Assembly: GCA_963721455.1 (NCBI GenBank) | Contig: CAVRJG010000046.1 | Location: forward strand, 1 to 64,000 | Source: an uncultured Methanosarcinaceae archaeon | GTDB taxonomy: Archaea; Halobacteriota; Methanosarcinia; Methanosarcinales; Methanosarcinaceae | Length of the DNA stretch: 64,000 nt | Direction of reading: 5' to 3' | Shown here: in pieces, positions 61,283 through 64,000 of the stretch | Layout: every line of letters starts with the position of its first letter | How positions within the stretch are numbered: the first letter of the stretch is position 1 | Made by a program: the position numbers and the translations under genes | Notes under the pieces: model-generated | Seen by the model: the letters and a program-made list of their open reading frames with translations, nothing else | The model's database searches: none | Told to the model about the DNA's origin: nothing

Positions 61283-62446
61283 TTAATTTCCGGCCCTTTC
61301 ATTTTTCAGGAGCTTCATTCTTTTGCAGGATATCCGGGCTCTTCCATATCTTCTTCCATTAAGTGCGAGTTCAGAACTTTCGAGTTTTGATTCCGGGTAG
61401 AATTTGAATACGATCATGCTTGAGTATGAGGATGTCTCGAAAGGTGTACCGTTTTCCCTGAATATGTTCGAAAAGTATTCAACAAGGTTGTGGATAACTC
61501 TTTCATCTTTGAAGTCGTGGAAAATGGTTAAGGACTCATTCCCGGGTTCAAGGCAGCTATCTATATTCTTGACAAGCTGGGTTGCCAGGTACATTCTCCT
61601 GAAATGGACAAATAAATCCGGAAGAGTCATATCAGTTACCGACTGCTTGCACAGGCGTTCAAGGATTTTTGTCGGGTTTGGAACTTCTCCGGTTGCAAAA
61701 ATTTCAAACTGGCTCCGATGCAGAGTTACGAGATTGAACCTCTCAACATTATAAGTATACATGAGCTGAGTCCAGAACTCGGTATTGTCGTCCAGTTCCT
61801 TACATAAAATATCAAGATACCCGAAGTGTTTCCTGATTCCTGGCATAGTCTCATTCGAAGATGTAGATGGATTCTTTTTGAAAGAAATCTGGGTCGAGTT
61901 TGCTTTCCTGAAAACATGCTCAACATCGAGTTGTCTCCATCTGGAAAGGAAATGAGCCACCAGCTGGGCAAAAAAGTCTCTACTATGTACAGTAGCGTTG
62001 GAGATGAGTACGAGTGCGGATTCGGGATTATGGATATCTTCACATTTTATTGAAGTTCGGATTGTCCATTGATAGTTTCTGGAAACCCGGTTCAGATGGT
62101 CTTCGAGTTGTTTCATATCCTGAATCTCAAACGGATTGACAAGTTCATTGACAAGCTCTTCGTCCGTGAGCCTGCCTCTGGTATACCTGAACAGCCATTC
62201 GAGCATCGTCTTATTTATAACGATATTTTCTCCGTTCTGAATTGTATCATTCAACTCTTCTTTTGCAGGAGTTTCTTTTAAAAACCCTATTGCTTCGTCA
62301 ATACTCTTATGATATGTAAGAGCTGTATCCGCAACTTCAATGGTATCCCTGACTGCAGCGCTCAAGTTCCCATTATTGGCATCCAGAAGGGGCTGTAACT
62401 TTTTAAGGTATTTGTCATCCAGGGATATGTTCTTTCTGATCAGCAT
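61283..62446 (-). CDS. Hypothetical protein with N-terminal ribbon-helix-helix-like segment; likely frameshift near the C-terminus
   Basis: RKNISLD....KL........NLSAAVRDTI; alternative frame near 61370 gives HLMEEDMEEPGYPAKE*. Confidence 0.75.
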   Translation of the reverse strand: MLIRKNISLDDKYLKKLQPLLDANNGNLSAAVRDTIEVADTALTYHKSIDEAIGFLKETPAKEELNDTIQNGENIVINKTMLEWLFRYTRGRLTDEELVNELVNPFEIQDMKQLEDHLNRVSRNYQWTIRTSIKCEDIHNPESALVLISNATVHSRDFFAQLVAHFLSRWRQLDVEHVFRKANSTQISFKKNPSTSSNETMPGIRKHFGYLDILCKELDDNTEFWTQLMYTYNVERFNLVTLHRSQFEIFATGEVPNPTKILERLCKQSVTDMTLPDLFVHFRRMYLATQLVKNIDSCLEPGNESLTIFHDFKDERVIHNLVEYFSNIFRENGTPFETSSYSSMIVFKFYPESKLESSELALNGRRYGRARISCKRMKLLKNERAGN

Positions 62447-63352
62447 ATTTCCACCCGATATGATCCGGTTCTCTGGCTCTTTATGCTACGATCCGTTATT
62501 GGTGCCCTTAAAATCAGGACTCTTTTATGGCTTCCGGTTTAAAAATTTAGAAAATTCCTTTTTTATAAAGAGATACTCTGCAAGCCCTAAAAATTTTTAC
62601 TTATAACCCTATTTTATGGTACTGGTAAGTACTACCGAATATTAAATCTTTCTGTTTAGTATTATTTCTTGATAACTTTCTTTAATATATAATTCCTCAG
62701 GCTTGTCAATTAATTTCACATTTTTATACAATATTGTCATATTTACAAACTCTGGCGATTTGTTCAGATGCACATTTTTGTCGATTGTCTTATTTTCAAA
62801 TTTTAATTGAATTTTTCTTTTGATGTCAAGCGAAAAACGTGGCAAATGGCCGGAATCAGATGATACCGGTTCACAACTCTTTATATATATATGTTAAGAC
62901 AGTGTACAACATGTAAATTACAAAAGTCGGAATGTGAATAGGACTGGTATAACCTGGAAGATCACATTATCGGTTTCACCCTGTCCTTACAGTTTGTCTA
63001 ACCTTTGATCGCCTACTCTAATCTCGATAGCATCGGTTGACACTTTTTAAAAGCTGTGAGTTTGGGAGTCTATTGTACAGCTTCTGCTTGAGTGCGGGGT
63101 ATATACTCTTCAGGTTCTTACAATTTCCTGATAACTCATGATCTTCCGAGGCAATAGCAGCCCCAAAAAGCGAGTTTGGGAGTGGATTAATAAGTACCTG
63201 GCAGGTTCTGATGGAATTATTCAACCAGCCAGGAACTTTCATCCTAAAAAGAAATGTAAAACCTTTTAATATCTGTATTCTTTCTGCCTTTTCCTTTGTG
63301 GCCTCTACTCGGATACTATATTTTTGCCGGAAAAGTAGCAGATAATATAAGA

Positions 63353-63451
63353 GTGAACTACCACTCAGCTAAAGACTGAGTGGCTTCTCGTTTCATTCCC
63401 CGAACCATTGTCCGTAAGTCCACGAGCACTACCCTACGTTCCATAGGTGAA
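63353..63451 (-). ncRNA. IS200/IS605 right end / putative TnpB omegaRNA scaffold 3' part
   Basis: GAAGCCACTCAG-TCTTTAG-CTGAGTGG hairpin then TAGTTCAC, downstream of tnpB. Confidence 0.7.
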
Positions 63452-64000
63452 TTAGATTACTACCAAATTTTGAGACTGTAATGCAAACTTCTTAATATTT
63501 ATCGCCGCATTTACATCTCTATCATGGGATGTATTACAATCAGGACAAATCCACTCTCTAACCTTGAGAGTTAAATCCTGATTGTAGTATCCGCAATTGT
63601 TACATATTTTACTTGATGGTACAAATCTACCTATCATTAATACCGTTTTTCCGAACCATTGAGCTTTATATTCTATTTTAGTTACGAAGCTACCCCATGC
63701 TGCATCACTAATAGCCTGAGCTAAACAGTGATTTTTTACCATACCTTTAACGTTCAGAGTTTCCAGAGATACTGCTTGGTTTTCGCTTATTAGTTTAAAA
63801 GAGAGTTTGTTCTGGAAATCATTACGTTGATTGGTAACTTTTTCATGGAGCTTTGCAAGTCTAATTATAGCTTTTCTTCTACGGTTAGAACCTTTTACCT
63901 TTCGACTTACTTGCTTCTGTAATACCTTAAGGGTTTGTAGTGATGTTTTCAGGTACTTCGGATTTTCTACTTTCTCACCATTAGAAAGAACTGCAAAATC
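63452..64000 (-). CDS. tnpB: TnpB RNA-guided endonuclease (5' part beyond the window)
   Basis: Open frame from the window edge: DFAVLSNG..VENPK...SLETL (RuvC-II E)...SSK.C..CG...CP.C...HDRD.NAA.NI. Confidence 0.92.
   Translation of the reverse strand, partial: DFAVLSNGEKVENPKYLKTSLQTLKVLQKQVSRKVKGSNRRRKAIIRLAKLHEKVTNQRNDFQNKLSFKLISENQAVSLETLNVKGMVKNHCLAQAISDAAWGSFVTKIEYKAQWFGKTVLMIGRFVPSSKICNNCGYYNQDLTLKVREWICPDCNTSHDRDVNAAINIKKFALQSQNLVVI

Overview
Archaeal chromosomal window, most likely Methanosarcina (inferred from Methanosarcina-type beta-propeller/PKD surface proteins, a HisKA_2 PAS kinase and the archaeal mevalonate genes). 0-10 kb: a type IV pilus locus (PilB ATPase, PilC platform) with at least six DUF1628-type pilin paralogues. 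The four tandem minus-strand copies are mosaics that show all four combinations of two N-half and two C-half types, three of the four share an upstream element, and the copies differ in their C-terminal extensions. 10-24 kb: a tnpB relic, SufS, an unannotated 53-aa ORF, duplicated beta-propeller/PKD genes, GNAT/LarE/phosphohexomutase, and a protealysin-emfourin pair bracketed by ~70-bp direct repeats among several MITEs. 24-35 kb: B12 radical SAM, site-2 protease, archaeal mevalonate genes, citrate synthase, aconitase. 35-48 kb: RavA/ViaA, a ThiF/UbaA E1-like enzyme, an HExxH hypothetical, a peroxiredoxin, a Bax-inhibitor gene fused in frame to a truncated transposase, and a PAS kinase. 48-64 kb: a decayed island with a YVTN/PKD surface protein beside tRNA-Thr(UGU), an AI-2E transporter, an aldolase, a CDP-alcohol transferase, archease-RtcB, an RHH protein and a partial tnpB with its right end. 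No CRISPR array or rRNA was seen. Four apparent +1 frameshifts may be sequencing artefacts. All family calls come from motif recognition; no searches were run.
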